Shown here: positions 35,392-45,251 of the stretch, piece by piece | Layout: the number at the start of each line of letters is the position of its first letter | Numbering within the stretch: the stretch's first letter is position 1 | Origin: an uncultured virus (IMG/VR IMGVR_UViG_3300021255_002352) | Lineage: Duplodnaviria; Heunggongvirae; Uroviricota; Caudoviricetes | Virus record (IMG/VR): IMGVR_UViG_3300021255_002352 | Direction: 5' to 3' (one strand) | DNA: 64,000 nucleotides | Made by a program: the position numbers and the translations under genes | Notes under the pieces: model-generated | What the model saw: only the letters and a program-made list of their open reading frames with translations | Databases searched by the model: none | Told to the model about the DNA's origin: nothing

Positions 35392-37743
35392 TTAATCTGG
35401 AAATACTGTTACATTGTTATAAATATAAATGTTGTAATATGCGTTGTAATAGCCGTTAGTTATTTGAGTCCATGTTGGTTTAGCGACGTATGATTTTCCA
35501 TTATCTTTATTAAATCGTCCTATAATATTTCCACCAATTAAATAAGCAGCAGTTCTGCTTCCAGTCCAGATATTTAAACTTTGCGAATTATTTTCTCTAA
35601 ACATTCCGTTAAAATAAGTTGACATAGTATATGAATCATTAATGCATATATCTGATAGGCTATTAGCACCAAAAAAAGTATAATACATACAATCAGACAT
35701 AACTCCGTATTTGGATAGAGGAATGTAAATATTCTGATTTAAACTATAAGCGTTCCAAAATAAAGAACGAATTGATTTAAAACTTCTTGGTATTCTAATA
35801 TTTTGGTTAATATTATAGCAGTTATCAAACGTTCCTCTTGCATATTGGCAATTATCTGGAATTAGTATATTCTGATTTAAATTAAAGCATTTTGCAAACG
35901 ATTGATTTACGCTGGTAACTCCGGCTGGTATCTGAATATTTTGATTTAAAATATAGCAGCTAGAAAACGTTCCGTCCATATTAGTTACGCCTGCTGGTAT
36001 CTGAATATTTTGATTTAATGATTCGCAGCCATTGAACGCATTATTAATTTTAGTTACTCTAGATGGTATCTGAATATTGTAATTTAAAACATAGCAATTC
36101 GTAAATGCGTTATCCATTGCAGTTATTATTTCTGGCATCTCAATATTCTGATTTAAACTATGACAATCAGCAAACACTCCATTAAACGATGCACTACCAC
36201 TTGGTTGAGGAATATGAATGTTTTGGTTAAAATTTGTGCAACCATTAAACATATTGTGTATGTCGCTTAGTTTTGTTGGCAGAATTATAGGTTGATTGAA
36301 ATAACGACAATTGGCATAAAAACCTGACATGTCAACATTTTGCTGATAGTTCTTATTAAACTTGGTATTAAAATTGTATGCAGTTCCTGCAAATAAACGG
36401 CTCATACTTTTAACCATATTGAGATTAGAGATATCAATATTTTGATTAAAATTAGTGCAGTTATAAAACACGCTGGAAATATTATATAATTTTGGAAGCT
36501 GTACATTTTGATTAAAATTTGAGCAACCCATAAAAGCATAATCTACATTATAGCAATTAGAAATATCGATATTTTGATTAAAATTAGTGCAGTCACGAAA
36601 AATATACGCTATGCTTGAATGATTCGGTATTGTGATATTATAATTAAAATTATGGCAATTTTCAAATGCTGAATATAAATTAGAATATTCTCTTCTAAAA
36701 ACGATATTTTGATTAAAATTAGTGCAACCAGAAAATATATTAACGCAGTTTCTTGCATTATGTAAATTTATATTCTGATTAAAACTTGTGCATCCTATAA
36801 ATAGACCATTAGCATTTTCTATATTTTCTGGCAATTGAATATTCTGATTAAAACTGTTGCTATTAATAATGAAATTAGTAATACTAGTTACATTATTCGG
36901 TATTGTAATATTTTGATTAAAATTTGGGCAGTTTTTAATGAAACCATCAGAATAAATCGTAATAAGATTATTAGGTAAACTAATACCATGATTATAATTC
37001 CTGCAATCTCGTACAAGTTGGCCATAGATTACTTGTATAGAATCTGGAAGATAAATACTGTTATTAAAGCTATTACAGTTAGCAATAATACCTCCACCAG
37101 ATACCATATTTTTTAAACCACCATTGGATGAAATTCTAATTTCACTATCATAATTATTACATTGTAATACCATGTTTCCAAAATCACATGGATTTGCGTT
37201 TGTCGAAATATTTATTGGTTTGTTCATATAAGGACAAAAAGCAATTAACGGGCTAACATTTTTAAGTTTTTCAGAATTAATTTCAATTTTTTGATTAAAA
37301 TTTGTACTATCAGAAAATGTGCCATTAGCATATATTAGTGATGACGGAAATGCTATTGGTTTATTAAAATTATTACAGGACCTAAATGTCTGCGCCATAT
37401 CTGTTACACTATCAGGTATTGCAATATCTTGGTTGTAGTTACAACAGCTCATAAGAAAACCGTTTATATTAGTCACTCCATTTGGTATATCGATATGCTG
37501 ATTAAACATACGACAATTGTATAAAGCAACATGTAATGTCTTAGTTGTAGCAGGTAGCAGAACAGTTTTATTTTGTATTGTAGATGATTCTAATGATATA
37601 TTTGTAATTCCATTTGGAAAAAAAGCTTTCCCGTTCCATTTGTTTCCGTGAATCCACATAGCGTTATTCCGAATTCCGTAATTACCGTTCACATCGAAAC
37701 ATACTGAACAATTAGTTACCGAATACCCAAAATTTATTATCAT
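35392..37743 (-). CDS. BspA/DUF285-like leucine-rich-repeat protein
   Basis: More than 20 repeats of F..C.(N/S)(F/L)NQNI.IP with a period of about 21-24 aa. Confidence 0.8.
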   Translation of the reverse strand: MIINFGYSVTNCSVCFDVNGNYGIRNNAMWIHGNKWNGKAFFPNGITNISLESSTIQNKTVLLPATTKTLHVALYNCRMFNQHIDIPNGVTNINGFLMSCCNYNQDIAIPDSVTDMAQTFRSCNNFNKPIAFPSSLIYANGTFSDSTNFNQKIEINSEKLKNVSPLIAFCPYMNKPINISTNANPCDFGNMVLQCNNYDSEIRISSNGGLKNMVSGGGIIANCNSFNNSIYLPDSIQVIYGQLVRDCRNYNHGISLPNNLITIYSDGFIKNCPNFNQNITIPNNVTSITNFIINSNSFNQNIQLPENIENANGLFIGCTSFNQNINLHNARNCVNIFSGCTNFNQNIVFRREYSNLYSAFENCHNFNYNITIPNHSSIAYIFRDCTNFNQNIDISNCYNVDYAFMGCSNFNQNVQLPKLYNISSVFYNCTNFNQNIDISNLNMVKSMSRLFAGTAYNFNTKFNKNYQQNVDMSGFYANCRYFNQPIILPTKLSDIHNMFNGCTNFNQNIHIPQPSGSASFNGVFADCHSLNQNIEMPEIITAMDNAFTNCYVLNYNIQIPSRVTKINNAFNGCESLNQNIQIPAGVTNMDGTFSSCYILNQNIQIPAGVTSVNQSFAKCFNLNQNILIPDNCQYARGTFDNCYNINQNIRIPRSFKSIRSLFWNAYSLNQNIYIPLSKYGVMSDCMYYTFFGANSLSDICINDSYTMSTYFNGMFRENNSQSLNIWTGSRTAAYLIGGNIIGRFNKDNGKSYVAKPTWTQITNGYYNAYYNIYIYNNVTVFPD

Positions 37744-37757
37744 TTACTCTCACCTCC

Positions 37758-40700
37758 TTATCCAAGAACTACATGATAGCCCTGGATCGTATCAGGGATC
37801 GTAATAAACTTCAAACCATCGGAAACAATCAATGAAGTATTCAAACCGGTAATAATCATATCGTTACCTTCAATCGTGTAAATTAGATACTTAAGATCAG
37901 GCTCTCGCATCACGATATCAAAGCTTGCTGTGTATGTAGTATTATTTGTAATTGGTGCTAATGCTGGAACCCAGACTGTAAACTCTTCGCCTGACGTAGA
38001 TGTTGGTGTTTCTCCAGCATATACAGGCACTGTTCCATATGGAATATTCTCCTGAACATACAAAGTACCGCCGCCATCTTCTTCTGCTCTGATAAACGTT
38101 GCGGTATACTCCATTAATGATTTACTAAACGCAGCATAAACGCTTCTATCGCCAACAACCTTCTTAGTAGCATTTGGGTCTGCCTCATATTGGTCTGGTT
38201 TTGTATTCCATCCAATAAACGTATACCGATACTGATCAGTATGAGGTCTTGTCGGTTCTGGAGTTTCTACATATACACCATCACCACCATCAACGACTTC
38301 CTCTACATGATACAGCATTGTGCCTTCATAGTCGAAGTAGTACAGATTGCTTGTAAGATGCTCATAGTTAATCGTAAGGTTAGGATACATAGCCTTAATG
38401 CCATTCAACCAAGAACCACTAATAGTGCCTAATCCGTTGATCATACCAGAAACAACAGCCTTATCGAGGTTATTTCCGTTCTCATCAATACCTCTCATGG
38501 TATTAAGGAATCTTACAAAGTCATCAACTTCTTTGGTTGTCGTCATGGTCATGGTGAAGCCAATTAACCTTACACGTGAATTAGCTGGTATCTGAGCAAG
38601 AATATCATCAATCGGAACTGCACTACTTACATTCTCAAGTCTTAATGTCGTGATATTGCTATAATTCGGCATTGAGAATTCCGTAATAGACGGTTGGTTT
38701 CTGATTGTCAAGTTAGCAATTGTTTCAGGTAAGTGAAGAACTTTCAAGATACCGCCATTTGGCAACGTGCAACCAGTAATTCCAGTTCCATCGAAATACA
38801 CATACTCAATATTTGAACATCCGGAAATATCAACAGCCTGAACCAAGTTCGGACAATTCCTGACATCCAGAGTCTGTAATAATGTGTTATTACCAAGAGT
38901 TAATTCTTTAAGGTTACCGTTCGTATAGCTAGAAGCACTGTCCCCTATTTTGAGATTCTGCAATTTAGTCGCTTTGGAGACATCTACAAGACCTACCTTA
39001 AGTCCTGATACATCACCAATTGACGACAACTGCGATGCCGAATAGATATAGATTTCGGTATCATTAACCTGGTCAAGAGGACAGATAAGAGTTGTTGCTC
39101 TGCCACGAGCGCCTCTCTCCTGTACAAGATAACTACCATACTTAACAGACGGATAAACATCCGCATATGGAGTGATAGTAATATTATCTTTAGCGTAGCC
39201 TCTTAACTGAATTACATCGGTTAAAGCATCGCCAGCATTGTACTTACTGTCAATGTATCTGAATCGGTTATAAAGCCACCACTTACGTTGTTCTGACTTA
39301 GAGCCCTGAAGCATAGCTAAGTACACACCAGTACCATCATCAATAAGTGGTTTAAGATACTTGAAATAAGCATCCTCATTGAAGATTGCTTCTGGCCATT
39401 TGTTCTGGTGGTCTTCAAATCTCTTCTCAACACTGTCATAATTCAGGATCAAACCAGATCTTAAAGTCTGATACATCTGCTGAATCTGAACAGGGAAAGA
39501 ATCACGAAGATTACACCAAAGAACTGAATCCTGGCCGTTAAATACATTTGCTCCACCAGATGTTTGATCGGTATCCTCAAGAGAATAGTCAAATGCCAAA
39601 GCACCTTCGTTATTAATACCAATAGCAGTATCCATATCATAAGGTTCTGCAACAGCTTTACGATCAATAGCAGTCACCTTAGTAGGATCTGTATCTGAAC
39701 CGGAGAAACCAATAAATAAGTTCTTCGCTCTTGAGTCAACCATCAAGAACAATTCGGTAAACAGATAGTAGAAGATAAATGAACTTACTTCCGCATAGTT
39801 ACCAAATTCGTTCTTAAATTTTGCAAGTCTGTACTCTGCTGTATCCGCCGTATACTCAACTTCATCGTAAGTTACAGCCTGAGGTAAAGCATTTCCAGTT
39901 GCTTCTGCTCGATAAGTGGAATAAATAAAAGACTCCAATTCCTGGAGCTTTGCATAATTCGTCCACTCATCTGATGGGAATCTTGCCTCATAGTCATATC
40001 TCCACTGTTCCTTAGATTCACCAGTACTTGGATCAAGAACCATCGTCTCATCGAAGTAATCTGTCTTGAACAGCATCAGATTTGAGGTGTTATTTTGAAA
40101 TTCCCATGATTCCATATTTCCTGAATAACCGTAAGGACCAGGAGCTCTCTTCGGTAAGTTGAAATTGTACTTACCCATAAAAGTGATCTTATTGGTGGAA
40201 AGGTTATTCCAGAACAATACGATCGGGAAGCCGTAAATACCCTGTCTTACTCTAGGGTCAGCTTCCTGTTCTCTTCTCTTGTATGGTGTAATATCACAGA
40301 ACAGCTTAACTAATTCTACGTTATTAGCACCTTCAGATGAAGCGACATCGGCCTTAAGAACAAACCTGTTAAACGGAACGATTCCGCTTGCAAGTTCATA
40401 ATTATCGACTTTCTGTCCTTTCATCATGAATCCGCCTTTGAACTGCATATCGTAGTTCTTTCTGGCGTAAACTGCTGATGAAGTACCCTGAACATTCATC
40501 TGGCATCCACTGAATGTAAATGATTTGTCTGGGTTAAGTGGGTCCGTGTAAGAGCCATTAACTGTCTTCTTATCACCTTTATACTGTGGTAAGGTTGCCG
40601 AGTTAATGATCATATAAGGTAAATCACTAGGCAGCTTGTCAATTGCGACCTGACCGTATTCATCGTAAACATCATTGTGATGATAACGGTATAACAGATC

Positions 40701-43010
40701 TTCAATGTTCTGAGTATCAGCCATCCAGTTCTCAAGAATCTGGAATCTACTCAAATCATTGTCGTATACTCGAATATTATAAATATCAGTAGTACAGTAA
40801 TTTGAACCAATGGTAATTCCAACAGGATCAACTTGTGAGAAGTCATCGTCTGTTGGATACTGTACAGTACCTGACATTATGCCATTCGTATAAATATAAA
40901 TCAGTCTGTTTTCAGATCTCTTTTCTACAACAAAGGAAACACGAATATGTTCATCTTCCTTATATTGAGTTAAGATTTCTGACTGTTCTGACTTCAGATA
41001 AGCCTTCTGAGCAGTTAACTCGAAGCCTCTTCCACCAGACATACATGACATGATCGTTGAATCGTAATTAAGAATATCTCTTGTTGCAAATTCAAACTCG
41101 ATCGTCTTACCTGTACCTCTGAAGTCCTTAGCAAATGCCTTGTACGGAATTGTTACTCTGGCGTCACCAGATACACGTAAAGATGTATAACCATTTTCAT
41201 CAGTTATCCAACCATCAGAGACAAATCCAAAGCCAGTTAACTGTGCTGAAATATCATTGTATTTCCAAATTGACGGATCTGCTTCTGAATTGCTTCTACC
41301 ACGAGCTGTTAAATATAAAGCAAGATCGTTAGTTTCAGGTTCAATATCAATACCAGAATCACCGACAACAATATTGAAAGTCTTTGAAACCGATCCGCTT
41401 ACGATTTTAAGAACCAAATTCCCAACGACGTCTGGTCTGTATGAGAAGATTTGTTCTGTTCTATCAACAGACAAGGTACTAAGCAATGTATCATTGGCAT
41501 ACAGTTTTGCTTCAGATTTTAAATCATTCGGCGTGTATACCTTATAAGGAATAGCTATAGTCTGATACTGAACAGCGTTGGTATCCCTGAATGAGCTTGT
41601 GATAATCGGAGTATCGCTTGTATCGTCAGAAACTGCAATATCATAGAACAGTTCATTAGAACTTACTTCGGCACCATCAATATCGGCTGTAAAGTATGCC
41701 AAGATCGTATGAGAACCATGAGTTAAAGGCTCTAATACTTGTGTTTGCTGTCTTCCGGATACATTGACAATTGCCTGAGCAACCTCTGTTCCATCAACCA
41801 CGAAATGCATTGTCTTTGTTGTAGAAGCTGTTGGCGTATATGGGAAGACAATATAATCTTTTGCACTGTAAATAATACTTGGGTCAAATGAGCTCTTTAA
41901 ATCAAGGTTAACTACCTGAACTGAGAAGATGATACTTGATGTATTACCATAAACATCAGCTACAGTGAATCGAATCTTATTAGATCCAGCTTCCAAATAG
42001 TTAGTTACATCAGTAGTAACTTCGCCTTGCTTAACATCGAATGTAGCTTTAACAGTATTATTTACTCTAATTGTAAGTGAACCATCACCAGTAGGTGTCT
42101 CATCTTCAAGAGAAGACCACCCTATTTTGATGTTTACTTTTGCACCAGCACCAATGGTCTTACTTAACCATCCAGAATTGTTTGTGATTTTGATAACGGC
42201 GTTGTTTCCGCCGCCACCTCCACCACCTCCGCCACCTCCGATACCGGTGATCTGGAATAGTTCTTCATCGTCGTGCATGAAATAGGCAATACCATTCTCA
42301 ACATAGCCACGGTTGACATAGGTTAAGAGTGAGGTATTAATCTCATCAATATCAGTTCCCATATCGGCAAAGTCATTTGCCATGGAAGCCTGTTCATCAG
42401 TTAAAGTGTTGACCTGAGTACGAATTGCGGTGCCGACATTACTATACAAAGTTCCATCAGCTCCTCTTCGAGCATCTGTAATCTCTGTATTAACCGTATC
42501 GATTCTTGAATTAGCGGCAGTATCGGCATTTTTTAACTTCTGTAAATCGGCATCTCTTGACGCTTTTATCGTTGTATGAGCTGTACCGTCGGAATCTGTA
42601 CGGAGATCCTTGATTTCTTTAATGTTTACGCCGGAATCGTATACTTGGCCACGACCATCAGTAACAGTAATATCTGCAGGAGTAGGAGTTTCGACAAACT
42701 CCATAACTTTTAAATTAACGAAATGGTCCTCATCAGGAGTAACTTCTGCTCCATTTTTAAGAATTTTTGAAATAGGAATACTAATGTCAACAGATTTATC
42801 TGTTCCTATACGAACTTCTTGACCATTGACTTTTATTTTTTCGATTAAATTTTCCTGTGAGCCGGATTCAATTCCAGCCAGCTTTATTTGATCCTGAATA
42901 ATTGGAGTAATGTTGTATTTTTTAGATTTAACACCATCGTCAACTACTAAATAATACTCGCCGGATAATTCGGTAAGTAATTCTAATTCTGTTATTCGCT
43001 TATCGCTCAT
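37758..43010 (-). CDS. Large tail / host-recognition protein with LamG-like, CotH-kinase-like, LRR and B-repeat regions
   Basis: Poly-Gly linker; GKTIEFEF..IYIYTNGI..IYNIRVYD; VQGTSS..RKNY, LKAD..S..ANN, DSRAKN, YDMDTAIG; LQTLDVRNCPNL; YTFIGWN. Confidence 0.7.
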   Translation of the reverse strand: MSDKRITELELLTELSGEYYLVVDDGVKSKKYNITPIIQDQIKLAGIESGSQENLIEKIKVNGQEVRIGTDKSVDISIPISKILKNGAEVTPDEDHFVNLKVMEFVETPTPADITVTDGRGQVYDSGVNIKEIKDLRTDSDGTAHTTIKASRDADLQKLKNADTAANSRIDTVNTEITDARRGADGTLYSNVGTAIRTQVNTLTDEQASMANDFADMGTDIDEINTSLLTYVNRGYVENGIAYFMHDDEELFQITGIGGGGGGGGGGGNNAVIKITNNSGWLSKTIGAGAKVNIKIGWSSLEDETPTGDGSLTIRVNNTVKATFDVKQGEVTTDVTNYLEAGSNKIRFTVADVYGNTSSIIFSVQVVNLDLKSSFDPSIIYSAKDYIVFPYTPTASTTKTMHFVVDGTEVAQAIVNVSGRQQTQVLEPLTHGSHTILAYFTADIDGAEVSSNELFYDIAVSDDTSDTPIITSSFRDTNAVQYQTIAIPYKVYTPNDLKSEAKLYANDTLLSTLSVDRTEQIFSYRPDVVGNLVLKIVSGSVSKTFNIVVGDSGIDIEPETNDLALYLTARGRSNSEADPSIWKYNDISAQLTGFGFVSDGWITDENGYTSLRVSGDARVTIPYKAFAKDFRGTGKTIEFEFATRDILNYDSTIMSCMSGGRGFELTAQKAYLKSEQSEILTQYKEDEHIRVSFVVEKRSENRLIYIYTNGIMSGTVQYPTDDDFSQVDPVGITIGSNYCTTDIYNIRVYDNDLSRFQILENWMADTQNIEDLLYRYHHNDVYDEYGQVAIDKLPSDLPYMIINSATLPQYKGDKKTVNGSYTDPLNPDKSFTFSGCQMNVQGTSSAVYARKNYDMQFKGGFMMKGQKVDNYELASGIVPFNRFVLKADVASSEGANNVELVKLFCDITPYKRREQEADPRVRQGIYGFPIVLFWNNLSTNKITFMGKYNFNLPKRAPGPYGYSGNMESWEFQNNTSNLMLFKTDYFDETMVLDPSTGESKEQWRYDYEARFPSDEWTNYAKLQELESFIYSTYRAEATGNALPQAVTYDEVEYTADTAEYRLAKFKNEFGNYAEVSSFIFYYLFTELFLMVDSRAKNLFIGFSGSDTDPTKVTAIDRKAVAEPYDMDTAIGINNEGALAFDYSLEDTDQTSGGANVFNGQDSVLWCNLRDSFPVQIQQMYQTLRSGLILNYDSVEKRFEDHQNKWPEAIFNEDAYFKYLKPLIDDGTGVYLAMLQGSKSEQRKWWLYNRFRYIDSKYNAGDALTDVIQLRGYAKDNITITPYADVYPSVKYGSYLVQERGARGRATTLICPLDQVNDTEIYIYSASQLSSIGDVSGLKVGLVDVSKATKLQNLKIGDSASSYTNGNLKELTLGNNTLLQTLDVRNCPNLVQAVDISGCSNIEYVYFDGTGITGCTLPNGGILKVLHLPETIANLTIRNQPSITEFSMPNYSNITTLRLENVSSAVPIDDILAQIPANSRVRLIGFTMTMTTTKEVDDFVRFLNTMRGIDENGNNLDKAVVSGMINGLGTISGSWLNGIKAMYPNLTINYEHLTSNLYYFDYEGTMLYHVEEVVDGGDGVYVETPEPTRPHTDQYRYTFIGWNTKPDQYEADPNATKKVVGDRSVYAAFSKSLMEYTATFIRAEEDGGGTLYVQENIPYGTVPVYAGETPTSTSGEEFTVWVPALAPITNNTTYTASFDIVMREPDLKYLIYTIEGNDMIITGLNTSLIVSDGLKFITIPDTIQGYHVVLG

Positions 43011-43013
43011 GAA

Positions 43014-43427
43014 TTATCCCTCCAATTCTTTTATTCTTTTCCTCCAAAGTTTACGTTTTCTGATCGTATCACGATACTCTTTGGAGTATTTAATATTTAT
43101 TGCAATTACATCTCTAATCCATGTCAAAGGATTATCTAGCGAAATTATTTCTTCAAGCCATTTAGCAGCTATATAGTCTGTTTCGGCAAGTCTTTCTTTC
43201 AATGTTGCAACACTTTCTTTATTAGCTGTAACATTCTCTTTGGCCTTCATAGAATTCCATTTTGATTTGTCAAAAATAAGCTCATTCTTTCCTAGCTTAT
43301 ATGCATTTATCCGTCCATCTGTTAAATCATACTTATTTAAATCTAACTCTACATAATCCAACTTAGTACCAGTATGACGAATAATAACGCAATAGCCTTC
43401 TCTATCAGTGATTACTTCGTACTTCAT
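43014..43427 (-). CDS. Tail-associated hypothetical protein
   Basis: LKERLAETDYIAAK..E motif; ATGA overlap with the upstream gene. Confidence 0.65.
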   Translation of the reverse strand: MKYEVITDREGYCVIIRHTGTKLDYVELDLNKYDLTDGRINAYKLGKNELIFDKSKWNSMKAKENVTANKESVATLKERLAETDYIAAKWLEEIISLDNPLTWIRDVIAINIKYSKEYRDTIRKRKLWRKRIKELEG

Positions 43428-44131
43428 TTCAGACCTTCCGGATTCAAATAAACAGTACATCCAGCAGTAGCACTACCATTAAACCAATTATAGACATCAT
43501 CTGTATTTTGTGAATCTTGTCTCCAGTAGCAATTAAGAACTCCGGTATTTTTATTATATGTTTTCTTCAAATACCCAGTTGCATGTCCACTACCACTATA
43601 TGGATAAGATTGTGGATAAAATGAGTTATAGAAATGTGCAACTCCGGTTGAGGAAATAAGAAAATTATCTTCTGTAAAATCCTTATACCCACTATATCCA
43701 GAGACATTAAAATTCCCATTCAAAGGAATAAGCTTATCCAATTTGGTAATCATTACAACATTAGCATCCGCAGATCCCAATTGCCTATCATGATCCATCA
43801 TTCTACTATATACATAAAGCATTCCAGTATTAGGATCATAGCTTTTATAAATGCACGAGTCGAATGTATGTGTTTCTCGGTCATCGCTAGGATTCATTCT
43901 AATACTAACGTCACCACCAACAGCATTTGCCGTTAACGCAAAGAAATTGTCTGCTGTAAGTTTATTATATAAATGCGGATATAATTGTTTAATATTCCAT
44001 GATTTACCAGATCCAAGTCTAACAACTTTAACATTTGTCCATATTTCTTTATTTCCTAAATAAATCTGAGCGATTTCTTTTCCACCAAGATAAACTTTAT
44101 CAGTTTCTTTATTACCTAAATATAAAGGCAT
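43424..44131 (-). CDS. Minor tail / receptor-binding protein
   Basis: LYLGNKE..KVYLGGKEI..IYLGNKEIW start; internally duplicated ADNF/EDNF...YDPNTG/YNKNTG module. Confidence 0.6.
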   Translation of the reverse strand: MPLYLGNKETDKVYLGGKEIAQIYLGNKEIWTNVKVVRLGSGKSWNIKQLYPHLYNKLTADNFFALTANAVGGDVSIRMNPSDDRETHTFDSCIYKSYDPNTGMLYVYSRMMDHDRQLGSADANVVMITKLDKLIPLNGNFNVSGYSGYKDFTEDNFLISSTGVAHFYNSFYPQSYPYSGSGHATGYLKKTYNKNTGVLNCYWRQDSQNTDDVYNWFNGSATAGCTVYLNPEGLK

Positions 44132-44133
44132 TA

Positions 44134-44763
44134 TTAACTCTCCGGAATAAAGTAAAGTGTATTTGAATCTTTGGTGGATAATTTATTATAATTCGCTTCT
44201 GAAATAACCTGAAATTTTATAGTTGTTCCGCCATTAGTAGCTGAAAACACTTGTGATCCTGTTGAACCAGATAATCCTAAGCTAATACCAGAAATTGAAG
44301 TACTTTTACCTCTAACAACACGTTTATCTACAACAGATGTAACACCGCTAGAACTTGTAGTAATCTGATACAAAACTAAATCTCTAGCACTTCCAGATCC
44401 GTTTAAATTTCCATTGCGGATATTAGTAAGCTGCGGGAAGATACTAAATTGTCCTTTATACCCATTTTGAGCACTTAAATCAATTGTAGCGCAAAGATAA
44501 AATGTTGAGTTAGCGGGAAGAGAAATACTATGCAAACTAGTAATTTTGAAAAACGAGCCTCCAATAACGGCTTCACTTCCTTCGTTAAAATATGCATTAA
44601 GACTATCACTTGCATAGTTCAACTTAAACTCATCTCCGATGCCTTGGCAAATGCAATCTTCAATAGCCAACGCATAAACAGCTGCATCGTACTTTGCGTC
44701 GATTTGATATAGCATCTTACCGTCTTTTTCTTCGCCGACTTCATAAATTGTTTGTACAGCCAT
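44134..44763 (-). CDS. Baseplate (upper) protein
   Basis: Position; IDLS..NLNGSG..DLVLYQITTSSSGV; C-terminal YNKLSTKDSNTLYFI. Confidence 0.6.
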   Translation of the reverse strand: MAVQTIYEVGEEKDGKMLYQIDAKYDAAVYALAIEDCICQGIGDEFKLNYASDSLNAYFNEGSEAVIGGSFFKITSLHSISLPANSTFYLCATIDLSAQNGYKGQFSIFPQLTNIRNGNLNGSGSARDLVLYQITTSSSGVTSVVDKRVVRGKSTSISGISLGLSGSTGSQVFSATNGGTTIKFQVISEANYNKLSTKDSNTLYFIPES

Positions 44764-44777
44764 AAAATCAAACCTCC

Positions 44778-45242
44778 TTAAAGTTTCTGATAAATAAAAT
44801 TTCTAGATGTTTCGAATTCATCTAGAAGCCTTTTTGGATCATAAACACGTGGATTAAAATCCCTGTGAAAATAGACTTTTGATTTATCGATTGAATAAGC
44901 CTCGAGTAACTTATTAATCAAATCAATTGCATTGGACAATGACTGTTCAAAGACAGAATCATTCAAGCTTGAGCAAACTGCAATAGCTATTGAATATTGA
45001 TCTCCCCAATCTTTGTTTTTGCCAGTGTGATATACCATATAATCATCTGGCATTAACTGTACAATTGTCTTATTATCAACAATATAATGGTAAGTGCTAT
45101 GCAAATTTAATTCATTATTAAAAAAATCCAGATAATCATCTGGAGTCATTGTTAAATTGTTTGTTTCATGAATTGTTATTCCACGAATATCATCAATAGA
45201 TCTAGGAAGACCATATTGAGAAAACTTATTTTCATTAATCAT
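44778..45242 (-). CDS. Amidase_2-fold (N-acetylmuramoyl-L-alanine amidase-like) protein in the tail module
   Basis: ITIHET, HYIVD, YHTG, SIAIAVC, YFHRDF, YDP. Confidence 0.75.
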   Translation of the reverse strand: MINENKFSQYGLPRSIDDIRGITIHETNNLTMTPDDYLDFFNNELNLHSTYHYIVDNKTIVQLMPDDYMVYHTGKNKDWGDQYSIAIAVCSSLNDSVFEQSLSNAIDLINKLLEAYSIDKSKVYFHRDFNPRVYDPKRLLDEFETSRNFIYQKL

Positions 45243-45251
45243 ATAGCCCTC

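Noticed and set aside
42207..42241. GC-rich CCGCCACCT repeat
   Set aside because: Encodes the poly-Gly linker of the large tail protein
35392..43010. Diversity-generating retroelement targeting tail or LRR genes
   Set aside because: No reverse transcriptase and no adenine-specific TR/VR pair seen; the repeats are in-frame LRR units
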